Virus record (IMG/VR): IMGVR_UViG_3300030102_006934
Location: 248,001 to 312,000 of that record
Length of the DNA stretch: 64,000 bases
Reading direction: 5' to 3' (one strand)
Shown: positions 1-8,641 of the stretch, piece by piece
Position numbering within the stretch: position 1 is the stretch's first letter
Layout of the letters: each line of letters opens with the position of its first letter
Position numbers and translations under genes: made by a program
The notes under the pieces: model-generated
Seen by the model: only the letters and a program-made list of their open reading frames with translations
Database searches by the model: none
What the model was told of the DNA's origin: nothing

Positions 1-2
1 AT

Positions 3-1451
3 GTCTTAGTAGCTCAAGAAGAAAGGGAAGATGACGCTCAAGAAGGCCAAACAGTAGACCAAATAGCTTGTAGAATATTAAATGGACCATTTAAATATGG
101 ACCTAACGATACTGGTAAAGGTTTAATAGAAGATTTAGGTTTAACAAAACAGCAAGCAGCAGGTGTTGTTGGTAATCTACAAGGTGAGTCAGGATTAATA
201 CCAGATAGAATACAAGGAGCTGGTACTAAAACGGGCACTATTGACCAATCTGGAAAAGGTGGATATGGTTGGGCTCAATGGACCTTCCCTAAATTAAAAG
301 AAGATTTTATTGCTAGTGCGAAAGCGGTAGGTGTTGACCTAAATAAAACACCAGCTGATATGGATATCAATTATAAGTATTTGGTTGAGTTCATACAATC
401 AAGTGGTAAGTTAGCGATACAAAAAGATAAATACGGTAATATAGCTACAGAACTGGGCATAGATAAATGTGGTGGTTTGGAAGGGTTTAAAAAAACAAAA
501 ACAGTAAGAGAAGCTACAGTTTATTTTATGGGATGTTATGAAAGACCAGCAGTTCAAGACGAAAAAGAAATAGTAAAAAGAACAACCTTTGCTAATCAAG
601 CCTACCAAACTTGTGAATCATCAAATACGGCGGTGACAAATGATGATACTGAAACCGTAACTGAAAATAGTATTATAGTACATTCTAATGTTAAAAACTT
701 AAATGAGGCATTAGGTATAGAGGGTCCTTACACAGCTAACTACCCACCACCAGCTGGAGCAATACCACAAAGTACGATAGACAAATTAGTTCTATTGAAT
801 GTTGAATATAAAAATCATTTAGGACAAGAGTGTAGGGGACAATTAGTTACTTATAAAGTTGCGGAAGAGAAAATGAAAAATATATTTAAAAAACTCAAAC
901 AAATAGAGTACCCAATAGAAAAATGTGATCTACCAGTTAAATATAATTGGAATGACGAAGACTTAATGAATAAAAACATAACGAATAGTTTTAACTATAG
1001 AGCAATAACGGGTGGAAACGGTATAAGTCCACATGGTACAAAACCAGTTTTAGATTTAAACCCACTATTTAATCCATACTTTAAACCAGGGTATATCAAC
1101 AACGATAAGTCCCAAGGGGTATCACCAGGACCATATAGTGAATTAACACCATCTAAAACACCTTATAAAACTGTTGAATCTTATTGGAAAAATACAATAC
1201 CACCCACTTTTGGGTTATTTGGTAGTTCATACCCAGTAGCCTTTAACTCAGTTACCAAGACAATGAATGTGGTAGATAAAAAATGGATACCAAATGGTGA
1301 AGAAATAACTACAACAGGACCCAACGCGGCAGGTAAAAAATCTAAAATAGTACAAATATTTAAAGAAAATGGTTTTAATAGATGGGGTGGAGCTTGGACA
1401 GACCAAATAGATGGACAACATTTTGAGATTGCTAACACTGGTAATATATAA
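3..1451 (+). CDS. Tail-associated multidomain peptidoglycan hydrolase (phage tail lysozyme domain + M15C peptidase), 5'-truncated
   Basis: The frame of the 360..1451 ORF is open back to position 3. It reads GLTKQQAAGVVGNLQGESGL..GYGWAQWT (Phage_lysozyme2-like). The C-terminus has SFNYR..SPHG..LDLNP..WGGAW..DGQHFE (M15 Zn ligands H, D, H). Confidence 0.8.
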   Translation, partial: VLVAQEEREDDAQEGQTVDQIACRILNGPFKYGPNDTGKGLIEDLGLTKQQAAGVVGNLQGESGLIPDRIQGAGTKTGTIDQSGKGGYGWAQWTFPKLKEDFIASAKAVGVDLNKTPADMDINYKYLVEFIQSSGKLAIQKDKYGNIATELGIDKCGGLEGFKKTKTVREATVYFMGCYERPAVQDEKEIVKRTTFANQAYQTCESSNTAVTNDDTETVTENSIIVHSNVKNLNEALGIEGPYTANYPPPAGAIPQSTIDKLVLLNVEYKNHLGQECRGQLVTYKVAEEKMKNIFKKLKQIEYPIEKCDLPVKYNWNDEDLMNKNITNSFNYRAITGGNGISPHGTKPVLDLNPLFNPYFKPGYINNDKSQGVSPGPYSELTPSKTPYKTVESYWKNTIPPTFGLFGSSYPVAFNSVTKTMNVVDKKWIPNGEEITTTGPNAAGKKSKIVQIFKENGFNRWGGAWTDQIDGQHFEIANTGNI

Positions 1452-1461
1452 CCTACCAATA

Positions 1462-1492
1462 TTGAATTAATTAATTAATTTGTCTATCTTTG
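1462..1492 (+). promoter_or_regulatory. Bacteroidota-type promoter (TTGAAT-17nt-TATCTTTG)
   Basis: TAnnTTTG at 1485-1492, 5 nt before the ATG at 1498. Confidence 0.55.
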
Positions 1493-1497
1493 TTGAT

Positions 1498-2052
1498 ATG
1501 ATAAAAGTTATAACAAATAATAGAGATGTTGTTGAAAAGTATCTAGATTCTAACTTTTCTTTTGAAAATGGGTTTATCACAGTTTACATAGGTTGGGATT
1601 TAGCTAAAGAAAATGGGGCTTCAATTTTAAATCATAAAATAGATGAAAGAACTTATTGGACTTTTTTACCCACAGAAAAAAGAAAAGTTTTTCAAGAATC
1701 ATTAGAAGAATTTAAAAGTATTGTTTTTAATAAGATTAAAAGTGAGATAAAATTCTATAATATAAACCCATTAGACCACAACACCAAAGAAGAAGTACTC
1801 TCTTTTATTTTAGACAAACTTATCGATTTTATTGGATATTTATATAAAGAAAAAATCTATTTTTATAAAAATAAAACAGTTTATCATTTAGATTTAGGTT
1901 TTTTAGATTTTATGAACTGGAACATAATTGATGAAATTACGAGTAAAATAAGTATCAGACCTTTAGAAGTGACTGATAATAACTTGGAAATAAAATATAT
2001 ACCATATCTGATAGATGCAGAAAAAAATAATATTATTAACAACGTTTGTTAA
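1498..2052 (+). CDS. Hypothetical protein
   Basis: ORF; the ATG at 1498 is preferred because the TTG at 1480 lies inside the promoter. Confidence 0.7.
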   Translation: MIKVITNNRDVVEKYLDSNFSFENGFITVYIGWDLAKENGASILNHKIDERTYWTFLPTEKRKVFQESLEEFKSIVFNKIKSEIKFYNINPLDHNTKEEVLSFILDKLIDFIGYLYKEKIYFYKNKTVYHLDLGFLDFMNWNIIDEITSKISIRPLEVTDNNLEIKYIPYLIDAEKNNIINNVC

Positions 2053-2419
2053 TCCTTCCTATCTAGAAAACTTTTTAAACATGTTAGAAAAAAGGCACTC
2101 CATAAAAAGAGAGAGTGTTTTTATTTTTGAAACATCGGGAGAAGATCTAATACTAACCTTCAAAATATATTTAAATATAGGTGAAAGAATAGATATTAGA
2201 AAAGAATTTAGAAGAACACTACAAATACATAAAAAAGGCAAAACCTTTTTCACTATCAACGCTTTAAATAGGTTGATAGAAATCGATTTTAATTTAACAC
2301 CTGGTAACATAGACTATAAAAGTCATGAGGTTGATTGGTCAAAATATTCTGATAAGATGATATTATTGAAAAATAACGAATTAGAGATTTTGGATATAAA
2401 AAGAAAGATTATAGAATAA
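2015..2419 (+). CDS. Hypothetical protein
   Basis: 134-aa ORF overlapping the upstream gene, typical phage composition. Confidence 0.7.
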   Translation: MQKKIILLTTFVNPSYLENFLNMLEKRHSIKRESVFIFETSGEDLILTFKIYLNIGERIDIRKEFRRTLQIHKKGKTFFTINALNRLIEIDFNLTPGNIDYKSHEVDWSKYSDKMILLKNNELEILDIKRKIIE

Positions 2420-2423
2420 GGGC

Positions 2424-2432
2424 ATATTTATA
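2424..2432 (+). promoter_or_regulatory. Putative late promoter ATATTTAT(A/T), first of at least 10 copies
   Basis: Same motif 4-27 nt before start codons at 2424, 10702, 26586, 44029, 47342, 47758, 48021, 49876, 52218 and 58050. Confidence 0.55.
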
Positions 2433-2445
2433 AGAAAAACTAGTT

Positions 2446-2631
2446 ATGGAAAACACTAATAAAAATAAAGAAAAAGAACTTAATAATAATCTAAACAACT
2501 TTTTGGATAAAAACACAAGTTGTGAAGGTGATGAGTGTTTAATAAAAGATAACGATGAGTTAGTTCAGAGAGAACATAAAAAAATCATCACCAATGATGG
2601 TAGACAACTATTAAGTGAATACACAAGATAA
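2446..2631 (+). CDS. Small hypothetical late protein
   Basis: 61-aa ORF directly after an ATATTTATA motif. Confidence 0.65.
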   Translation: MENTNKNKEKELNNNLNNFLDKNTSCEGDECLIKDNDELVQREHKKIITNDGRQLLSEYTR

Positions 2632-2632
2632 A

Positions 2633-3385
2633 ATGAAAAAGAGCAATTTAAATGAAGATTTAGAAAGATTTAATAATCTTATAGACTACAACCCATTAAA
2701 GGGTAATGTATTATCTGAAGCTAAAACTAGAAGAACTTATTTATCAGAAGAAGAACCAGAAGGTGAAGAAGCACCAGCTGAAGAAGAAGAAATAAATGAT
2801 TCCGATTTTGATTTCGGTGATGAAGGTTCACCAGAGGGAGAAGAAACATCATCTGAAGAAATGCCAGCTGAAGAAGAACCAGCTGAAGAAGAACCAGTAG
2901 AAGATGAATTCGGTACTGCAGATGAATTTACTGCTTCTGATGAGTTAGAAGACGAAGGTGAGGTTGAAGAGATTGATGTTACAGCGATAGTTGGTAAATC
3001 AGAAGAAGCTAAAGATTTAGCACAGAAAGCGGTAACAGTAGGTGAAAAAAATACTGAATTTTTACAATCATTAACAGATAAGTTAAATAACCTAGAATCT
3101 AGTTTATCTAAAATGGATACAATAGCTACCAAAATAAATAAATTAGAACAAGAAGTTAAAACACCAGAAGAAAAATTAGAACTGAGGTCTTTAGATAGTT
3201 ACCCCTTCAATATGAAATTGACTGATTATTGGGAAGAAAAAGCTTCTAAAGATAAAAATTATAGAATATCTGGTGGTGAAGAAATATCTAACGGTGAAGA
3301 AAAAGAATATGTTATAAAGCCAGAAGATATAGAAAACTTCAATGATAACGACATTGAAAAATCTTTTAGTCCAGAAAGTAACTAA
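2633..3385 (+). CDS. Highly acidic putative prohead core/scaffold-like protein
   Basis: E/D-rich centre (EEPAEEEP repeats), C-terminal coiled coil, LNE/LSE motifs near the N-terminus; ATG at 2633. Confidence 0.5.
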   Translation: MKKSNLNEDLERFNNLIDYNPLKGNVLSEAKTRRTYLSEEEPEGEEAPAEEEEINDSDFDFGDEGSPEGEETSSEEMPAEEEPAEEEPVEDEFGTADEFTASDELEDEGEVEEIDVTAIVGKSEEAKDLAQKAVTVGEKNTEFLQSLTDKLNNLESSLSKMDTIATKINKLEQEVKTPEEKLELRSLDSYPFNMKLTDYWEEKASKDKNYRISGGEEISNGEEKEYVIKPEDIENFNDNDIEKSFSPESN

Positions 3386-3410
3386 ATATAAAACATTATT
3401 ACATATATAA

Positions 3411-3441
3411 ATGGGGATAATTAATTTGTCCCCATTTTTTG
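3411..3441 (+). terminator. Rho-independent terminator
   Basis: ATGGGGATAA-TTAAT-TTGTCCCCAT followed by a T run. Confidence 0.85.
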
Positions 3442-3451
3442 TTTTTATGGC

Positions 3452-3480
3452 TTTACATTAAACTTTATTTATCTTATAAT
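3452..3480 (+). promoter_or_regulatory. Sigma70-like promoter TTTACA-17-TATAAT
   Basis: Near-consensus hexamers with 17-nt spacing, upstream of the SSB operon. Confidence 0.55.
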
Positions 3481-3521
3481 TAGAACAATTAAATAAATTA
3501 TAAATAAAAAAAAAGAAAATT

Positions 3522-4412
3522 ATGAGTGTACTCGATGCGATTGCGAAACAGTATGAAAAGAATAAAACTGGTGGTAACTCCGGTGGTAGTTCATACGAAC
3601 AAGATTGGAGCAAATATTTTGCTGTAAGATTAGAAGAAGGTGTTGATAATGGTGAATCTACCATTAGAATTATGCCACCCAAAAAATCTGTTCACCCAGT
3701 TATTAAAGAAGAGAATACACCTTTTGATGAAGGTCACTGGCATTCAGTAAAGGTAAATGGTAAATGGAGAAAAATTTATTGTAGAAAATACAATGATGGT
3801 GAACACTGTCCTTTGTGTGAAGTTGCTGATGAGTTATTTAAGTCTTGGAAAGAGACTGGTAACAAAGCAGATAAAGAATTAGCCACTCAATATTCAGCTA
3901 AAAAATACTACATAGCTAGAGTTATTGATAGGGATAAGGAAGATGATGGTGTTAAATTTTGGAGATTTCCTCACAATTATAAAGGAGAGGGAGCTTTAGA
4001 CAAAATAATTCCTTTATTTACAAAAAGAGGTGACATTACCGACCCTAGAGAAGGTAGAGACCTTACTTTAATTTTAGGTAGAGATAATAAAGGTTATTCT
4101 AAAATAACTTCTATTATGGCTGAAGATGTTGATGTTTTAACTGATCCTAAATCTGAAAAGGCTAAAACTTGGATGACTGACGAGACTACTTGGAAAGATG
4201 TCTACAAAGCACAACCATTAGATTATGTACAACTTATTGCGGATGGTGAAACACCACAGTGGGACAAGTCTTTAAACAAGTTTGTCGCTAAGGGTGATGA
4301 TGGAGAGTCTGAAACATCTATGAGAAGTTCTACTACAAACACGAACACGAATACAAACACAGAAGAAGAGATGTTTAGTACATCATCTAATGATGACGAA
4401 CAACCATTCTAA
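3522..4412 (+). CDS. Single-stranded DNA-binding protein, T4 gp32-like
   Basis: IRIMPP..PF..HWH..YC..CPLCE..A..YY..VIDRD..GVKFW..DITDPREGRDL motifs; acidic tail ending DDEQPF. Confidence 0.85.
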   Translation: MSVLDAIAKQYEKNKTGGNSGGSSYEQDWSKYFAVRLEEGVDNGESTIRIMPPKKSVHPVIKEENTPFDEGHWHSVKVNGKWRKIYCRKYNDGEHCPLCEVADELFKSWKETGNKADKELATQYSAKKYYIARVIDRDKEDDGVKFWRFPHNYKGEGALDKIIPLFTKRGDITDPREGRDLTLILGRDNKGYSKITSIMAEDVDVLTDPKSEKAKTWMTDETTWKDVYKAQPLDYVQLIADGETPQWDKSLNKFVAKGDDGESETSMRSSTTNTNTNTNTEEEMFSTSSNDDEQPF

Positions 4413-4424
4413 AAATTATATTAA

Positions 4425-5453
4425 ATGGCTAAAAAAGCAGCAATTAAGAAAAAAACTTTCGATATTGAAGCCTTATCTGATAAATTCAGTAGTAAGACAA
4501 AATATAAGAAAGATAGATTTATTGACTTAGGCGAGGTATTCCAAAAAGCTACTGGAGTACCTGGTCCAGCCATAGGTCATTTGAATGTCTTTTTAGGGCA
4601 TTCAGACACAGGTAAAACCACAGCTCTTATTAAAGCAGCTATGTGGTGTCAAAAAAATGATATTTTACCTGTTTTTATTATAACAGAAAAAAAATGGAGT
4701 TTCTCTCACGCTAAGTTAATGGGCTTTGAGTGTGAAGAAGTTTCACCAGGTGATTGGAAAGGATTCTTTTTATTTAAAGATGATTTTGATTACATAGAAC
4801 AAATCACTGATTATATCAATGAGGTGTTAGACGCACAAGAGAAAGAAATCCAAAAAGATATTTGTTTTCTTTGGGATTCTGTTGGGTCAATTCCTTGTAA
4901 AATGACTTTCGATGGAAAAGGTGGTAAGATGCATAACGCATCAGTACTAGCTGATAAAATTGGTATGGGTCTAAATGGTAGAATCACAGGTTCTAGAAAA
5001 GAAACATCACCTTACACCAACACAATTGTGTTTGTTAATCAACCATGGGTTGAGTTACCAGATAACCCTTTTGGACAACCTAAAATTAAGATGAAAGGTG
5101 GAGAAGCTATTTTCTTAAATAGTACACTTATTTTCTTATTTGGAAACCAAAAGAACGCTGGTACTAATAAATTAAACGCAGTTAAAGGTGGTAGAAAAAT
5201 CAATTACGCTACAAGGTCAAAGATATCTATCTTAAAAAACCATGTTAATGGTATAGGATATCAAGATGGTAAAGTAATTGTAACGCCACATGATTTCATT
5301 GAGGATAATAAAGCGGCTGAAACTTCTTACAAAGAAGAGTACGCTGATTATTGGATGGATATGTTTATCAAAAGTGGTTTAGAAGAATTGGATGAGAACG
5401 ATACCTCATTCGAAACAGAATTAGTGAAAGATAATATTCAAGGTTTAGCTTAA
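4425..5453 (+). CDS. recA: RecA/UvsX-like recombinase
   Basis: Walker A GHSDTGKT, Walker B FLWDSVG, FVNQ and KMKGG motifs. Confidence 0.85.
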   Translation: MAKKAAIKKKTFDIEALSDKFSSKTKYKKDRFIDLGEVFQKATGVPGPAIGHLNVFLGHSDTGKTTALIKAAMWCQKNDILPVFIITEKKWSFSHAKLMGFECEEVSPGDWKGFFLFKDDFDYIEQITDYINEVLDAQEKEIQKDICFLWDSVGSIPCKMTFDGKGGKMHNASVLADKIGMGLNGRITGSRKETSPYTNTIVFVNQPWVELPDNPFGQPKIKMKGGEAIFLNSTLIFLFGNQKNAGTNKLNAVKGGRKINYATRSKISILKNHVNGIGYQDGKVIVTPHDFIEDNKAAETSYKEEYADYWMDMFIKSGLEELDENDTSFETELVKDNIQGLA

Positions 5454-5461
5454 TATACACA

Positions 5462-5713
5462 ATGAGAATAGATTATAATAGATTGTTAGAATTAAATAAA
5501 AACGCTTTGGTTGATGACGGCAGGACACAGATGAATGCTTACTATGTGATTCAAATGACAACGGAAAGATTTATCAATGGGGAACACATAACCGAAGAGG
5601 CTAAAAATTTATTAATTGAATTGGGTGTGTTACAGTTAACTGAAGAGGATATTGCGAGAGAACAGATTGTTGGACCTTTTAATTTTAGCCAACATGGGTC
5701 TCAAGAAGCCTAA
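5462..5713 (+). CDS. Hypothetical protein
   Basis: 83-aa ORF within the replication operon. Confidence 0.65.
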   Translation: MRIDYNRLLELNKNALVDDGRTQMNAYYVIQMTTERFINGEHITEEAKNLLIELGVLQLTEEDIAREQIVGPFNFSQHGSQEA

Positions 5714-6731
5714 AGGTAAACCTAAGAGTACAAAAACACTTATTGTCGATGGTAACGTTCTTATGAAACGTTCATACAACGGAGCTAAGAACGTTTACCA
5801 TAAAGACAAACACATAGGAGGCATATCAGCTTTTTATAGTATCCTACGAAAAATAGTTATAGAACATAAGATAGATAAGTTAGTTATCACATGGGATGGA
5901 GAAAGAGGTGGTACATTAAGACTTGACCACTACCCAGAGTATAAAGAAAATAGACCTAGATTCTTTGATAAAGAATATGAGTTACAGAAGTTAAGGGTTA
6001 AACAATACGCAGAAGATCTTTTTATCAGACAATACGAACATCCAGATGTAGAATCTGATGATTTAATAGCTTATTATTGTTTAAACAGACTTAAAAGAGA
6101 GGATGTGATGATTTATACTAGTGATAGAGACATGTGTCAACTCATAAACGAAAATGTGACAATATATTTAGCTGATAAAAAAACAGAGGTAGGTATAGGT
6201 AACTATAATTGGTATTTTCAACACCACTACCAAAATGCTGGATTAATAAAAATAATAGAAGGTTGTTCAACAGATAATATAAAAGGCATTGATGGGGTAA
6301 CAGAGAATACTCTTTTAACTCATTTTCCAGAATTAAAAAAACGTAAACTTACTTTAGAGGAAATATTTGAACAAAGTAAGGTTATACAAGAATCTAGAGG
6401 TAATAAACCATTGAAAGTAATAGATAACATTTTAAATGGAAAAACCAAGGGGAGTCAAAAAGACTCATTTTATGACATCAATAAAAAAATAGTTGATCTA
6501 AATGAACCTTTATTACCAAAAGAAGCTAGACAATCAGTTAAAAATTTAATAGACTTACCGTTAGACCCTAGTGGTAGAGAATATAAAAATGTTCTTAAAA
6601 TGATGATAGAGGATGGTGTTATAAATGTCTTACCTGGTGGTGAGAATGGTTATTTAAATTTTATGGAACCATTTATAAGATTATCCAAAAAAGAAAAAAC
6701 AAAATTTAAAAAAAAAATAATTAAAAAATAA
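5694..6731 (+). CDS. 5'-3' exonuclease/flap endonuclease (Pol I N-domain / T4 RNase H family)
   Basis: LIVDGN, WDG, YKENR, ESDDLIA, SDRDMCQL and STDNIKGIDGV (H3TH) motifs; ATG at 5694. Confidence 0.9.
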   Translation: MGLKKPKGKPKSTKTLIVDGNVLMKRSYNGAKNVYHKDKHIGGISAFYSILRKIVIEHKIDKLVITWDGERGGTLRLDHYPEYKENRPRFFDKEYELQKLRVKQYAEDLFIRQYEHPDVESDDLIAYYCLNRLKREDVMIYTSDRDMCQLINENVTIYLADKKTEVGIGNYNWYFQHHYQNAGLIKIIEGCSTDNIKGIDGVTENTLLTHFPELKKRKLTLEEIFEQSKVIQESRGNKPLKVIDNILNGKTKGSQKDSFYDINKKIVDLNEPLLPKEARQSVKNLIDLPLDPSGREYKNVLKMMIEDGVINVLPGGENGYLNFMEPFIRLSKKEKTKFKKKIIKK

Positions 6732-6736
6732 GAAAA

Positions 6737-7177
6737 ATGAAGAAGTGTGAATTTATTTTATATATCAATAAAAACATTATATGCCAAAGGTATTTCAATG
6801 TAAAAAGATTTAATAAAAAATCTATTAATTCTATAGATATGTGTTATTGTGTGACAGACGTTGTAGATTTGATTAATAGTGACTTAAAGAAAAAGTCTAG
6901 AGACTATCTTTGGAGGTCTTATAACCCCTACAAAAAACAAACTGAGGAAGAAATAGTTAGGGAAGACATTTTTGAGAATGAGGATATTTTCGATTTGGAA
7001 ATAAAGGTCGATGATAGAGTGGTTGCTACTAGACAATTTACTGGAAATCTGTATCAACAAAGAATAAGATATTCAGTAGATATTAGAAAAATGATACCAA
7101 AGATCATATCTATAATCACTGAAACACTATCTAACGAAAATATAAATGTGGAATATAGTTCAATCAATTTAAATTGA
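6737..7177 (+). CDS. Hypothetical protein
   Basis: 146-aa ORF between the exonuclease and the helicase. Confidence 0.7.
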   Translation: MKKCEFILYINKNIICQRYFNVKRFNKKSINSIDMCYCVTDVVDLINSDLKKKSRDYLWRSYNPYKKQTEEEIVREDIFENEDIFDLEIKVDDRVVATRQFTGNLYQQRIRYSVDIRKMIPKIISIITETLSNENINVEYSSINLN

Positions 7178-7203
7178 TTATTTATTATTAAATAGTTTAC
7201 ATA

Positions 7204-8616
7204 ATGAGTGATAAAAAAGTTACATTAAAGTACCTAGGTTATAAATTTCAAACGGAACTCATAAATCAAGTACTACACCCAGCAAATAAAAAATTCGCTG
7301 ATAGAATAATTGATATTTTAGATACCAGTTATTTCGACAATGAATATTTTAGACTTGTAATGGCTACGGTAAAAGATTATTTTGAGAGATTTGAAAAAAT
7401 ACCCACATGGGATACTTTAGAGACAATTTTAAAGGTTGAAATTAAAGATAAAATAACACAAGACTATGTCTTTGAGATAACCAAAGAAATTAGAAAGTTG
7501 GAAGTAGAAGATTGGGAGTACGTTCAAATAGAGTCCCTAAACTTTTGTAGACAACAAGAACTAAAGAAAGCTAATGATAAAATATCTACTATAATTGACA
7601 ATGGTGAGTTTGGTAGATATGAGGAGTGTGCTGAAATCATGAAAGAGGCTCTATCGGTGGGAGCGGAAAAAGATGATGGTACCTCTATTAGTGAAGGATG
7701 GGATACAGTTTTAGAAGAAGACTTTAGACACCCAATTCCCACGGGAATAAGTGGTATTGATGAATTAACCGATGGTGGTTTGTCTAGAGGAGAACTTGGT
7801 GTTGTATTAGCTCCATATGGGGTTGGTAAGACAACGATACTTACTAAAATTGCTAATTCAGCTTATAATGTAGGTTACAATGTTTTACAAATTGTTTTTG
7901 AGGACATGCCAGATGTAATCAAAAGAAAACATGCCTCATGTTGGAGTGGCATTGAATTAAATAATTTATCTGATGAACAAGAAACTGTGATAAGTGTGAT
8001 TCAAGAAAAAACTGATGGGGTTGAAAACGATTTGATTATAAAAAAGTTTACTTCAGAAGGTGTTACTGTTAATCATATTAAATCATATATCAGACATCTA
8101 ATATCTACTGGTTTTAAACCAGACATGGTAGTATTGGATTATATCGATTGTGTTGAATCTACTAGGAGATATAATGATGAATGGTCAGGTGAAGGTAATG
8201 TTATGAGAGCTTTTGAATCTATGTTAGTTGAGTACAACTTAGTGGGTTGGACAGCGGTACAAGGAAATAGAAGTTCAGTTTCAGCAGATGTGGTTACTGG
8301 TGACCAAATGGGTGGCTCCATAAAAAAGGCTCAAATAGGACATTTTATAATGTCAATCGCTAGGACACTCTCACAGAAAGAGGGTAATAGAGCAACTATA
8401 GCGGTTTTAAAATCTAGATTTGGTAAAGATGGTGTTATCTTTGAAGATTGTACATTTGATAACGGTAGGGTTTATATAGACACTGAAAGTTCAGATACTT
8501 TTTTAGGGTATGAAAGAAAAGTGGTTGAAAGAAAAGAAGAAAACACTAGGGAAAGGTTAAGAATGGCAAAAAAAAGAAGAGAAAATAAAGATATCGAGTC
8601 TGATCAAAATCAATAA
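7204..8616 (+). CDS. dnaB: Replicative DNA helicase (DnaB/T4 gp41 family)
   Basis: PTGISGIDELTDGGL, Walker A APYGVGKT, VLDYID, WTAVQGNR, KSRFG. Confidence 0.92.
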   Translation: MSDKKVTLKYLGYKFQTELINQVLHPANKKFADRIIDILDTSYFDNEYFRLVMATVKDYFERFEKIPTWDTLETILKVEIKDKITQDYVFEITKEIRKLEVEDWEYVQIESLNFCRQQELKKANDKISTIIDNGEFGRYEECAEIMKEALSVGAEKDDGTSISEGWDTVLEEDFRHPIPTGISGIDELTDGGLSRGELGVVLAPYGVGKTTILTKIANSAYNVGYNVLQIVFEDMPDVIKRKHASCWSGIELNNLSDEQETVISVIQEKTDGVENDLIIKKFTSEGVTVNHIKSYIRHLISTGFKPDMVVLDYIDCVESTRRYNDEWSGEGNVMRAFESMLVEYNLVGWTAVQGNRSSVSADVVTGDQMGGSIKKAQIGHFIMSIARTLSQKEGNRATIAVLKSRFGKDGVIFEDCTFDNGRVYIDTESSDTFLGYERKVVERKEENTRERLRMAKKRRENKDIESDQNQ

Positions 8617-8641
8617 CTAAAATTAAAAATTAATTAAAAAA

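Noticed and set aside
8617-8641. Cobalamin riboswitch for nrdJ
   Set aside because: The gap is only 25 nt of A/T. The 10544-10721 gap downstream is explained by a terminator and a promoter.
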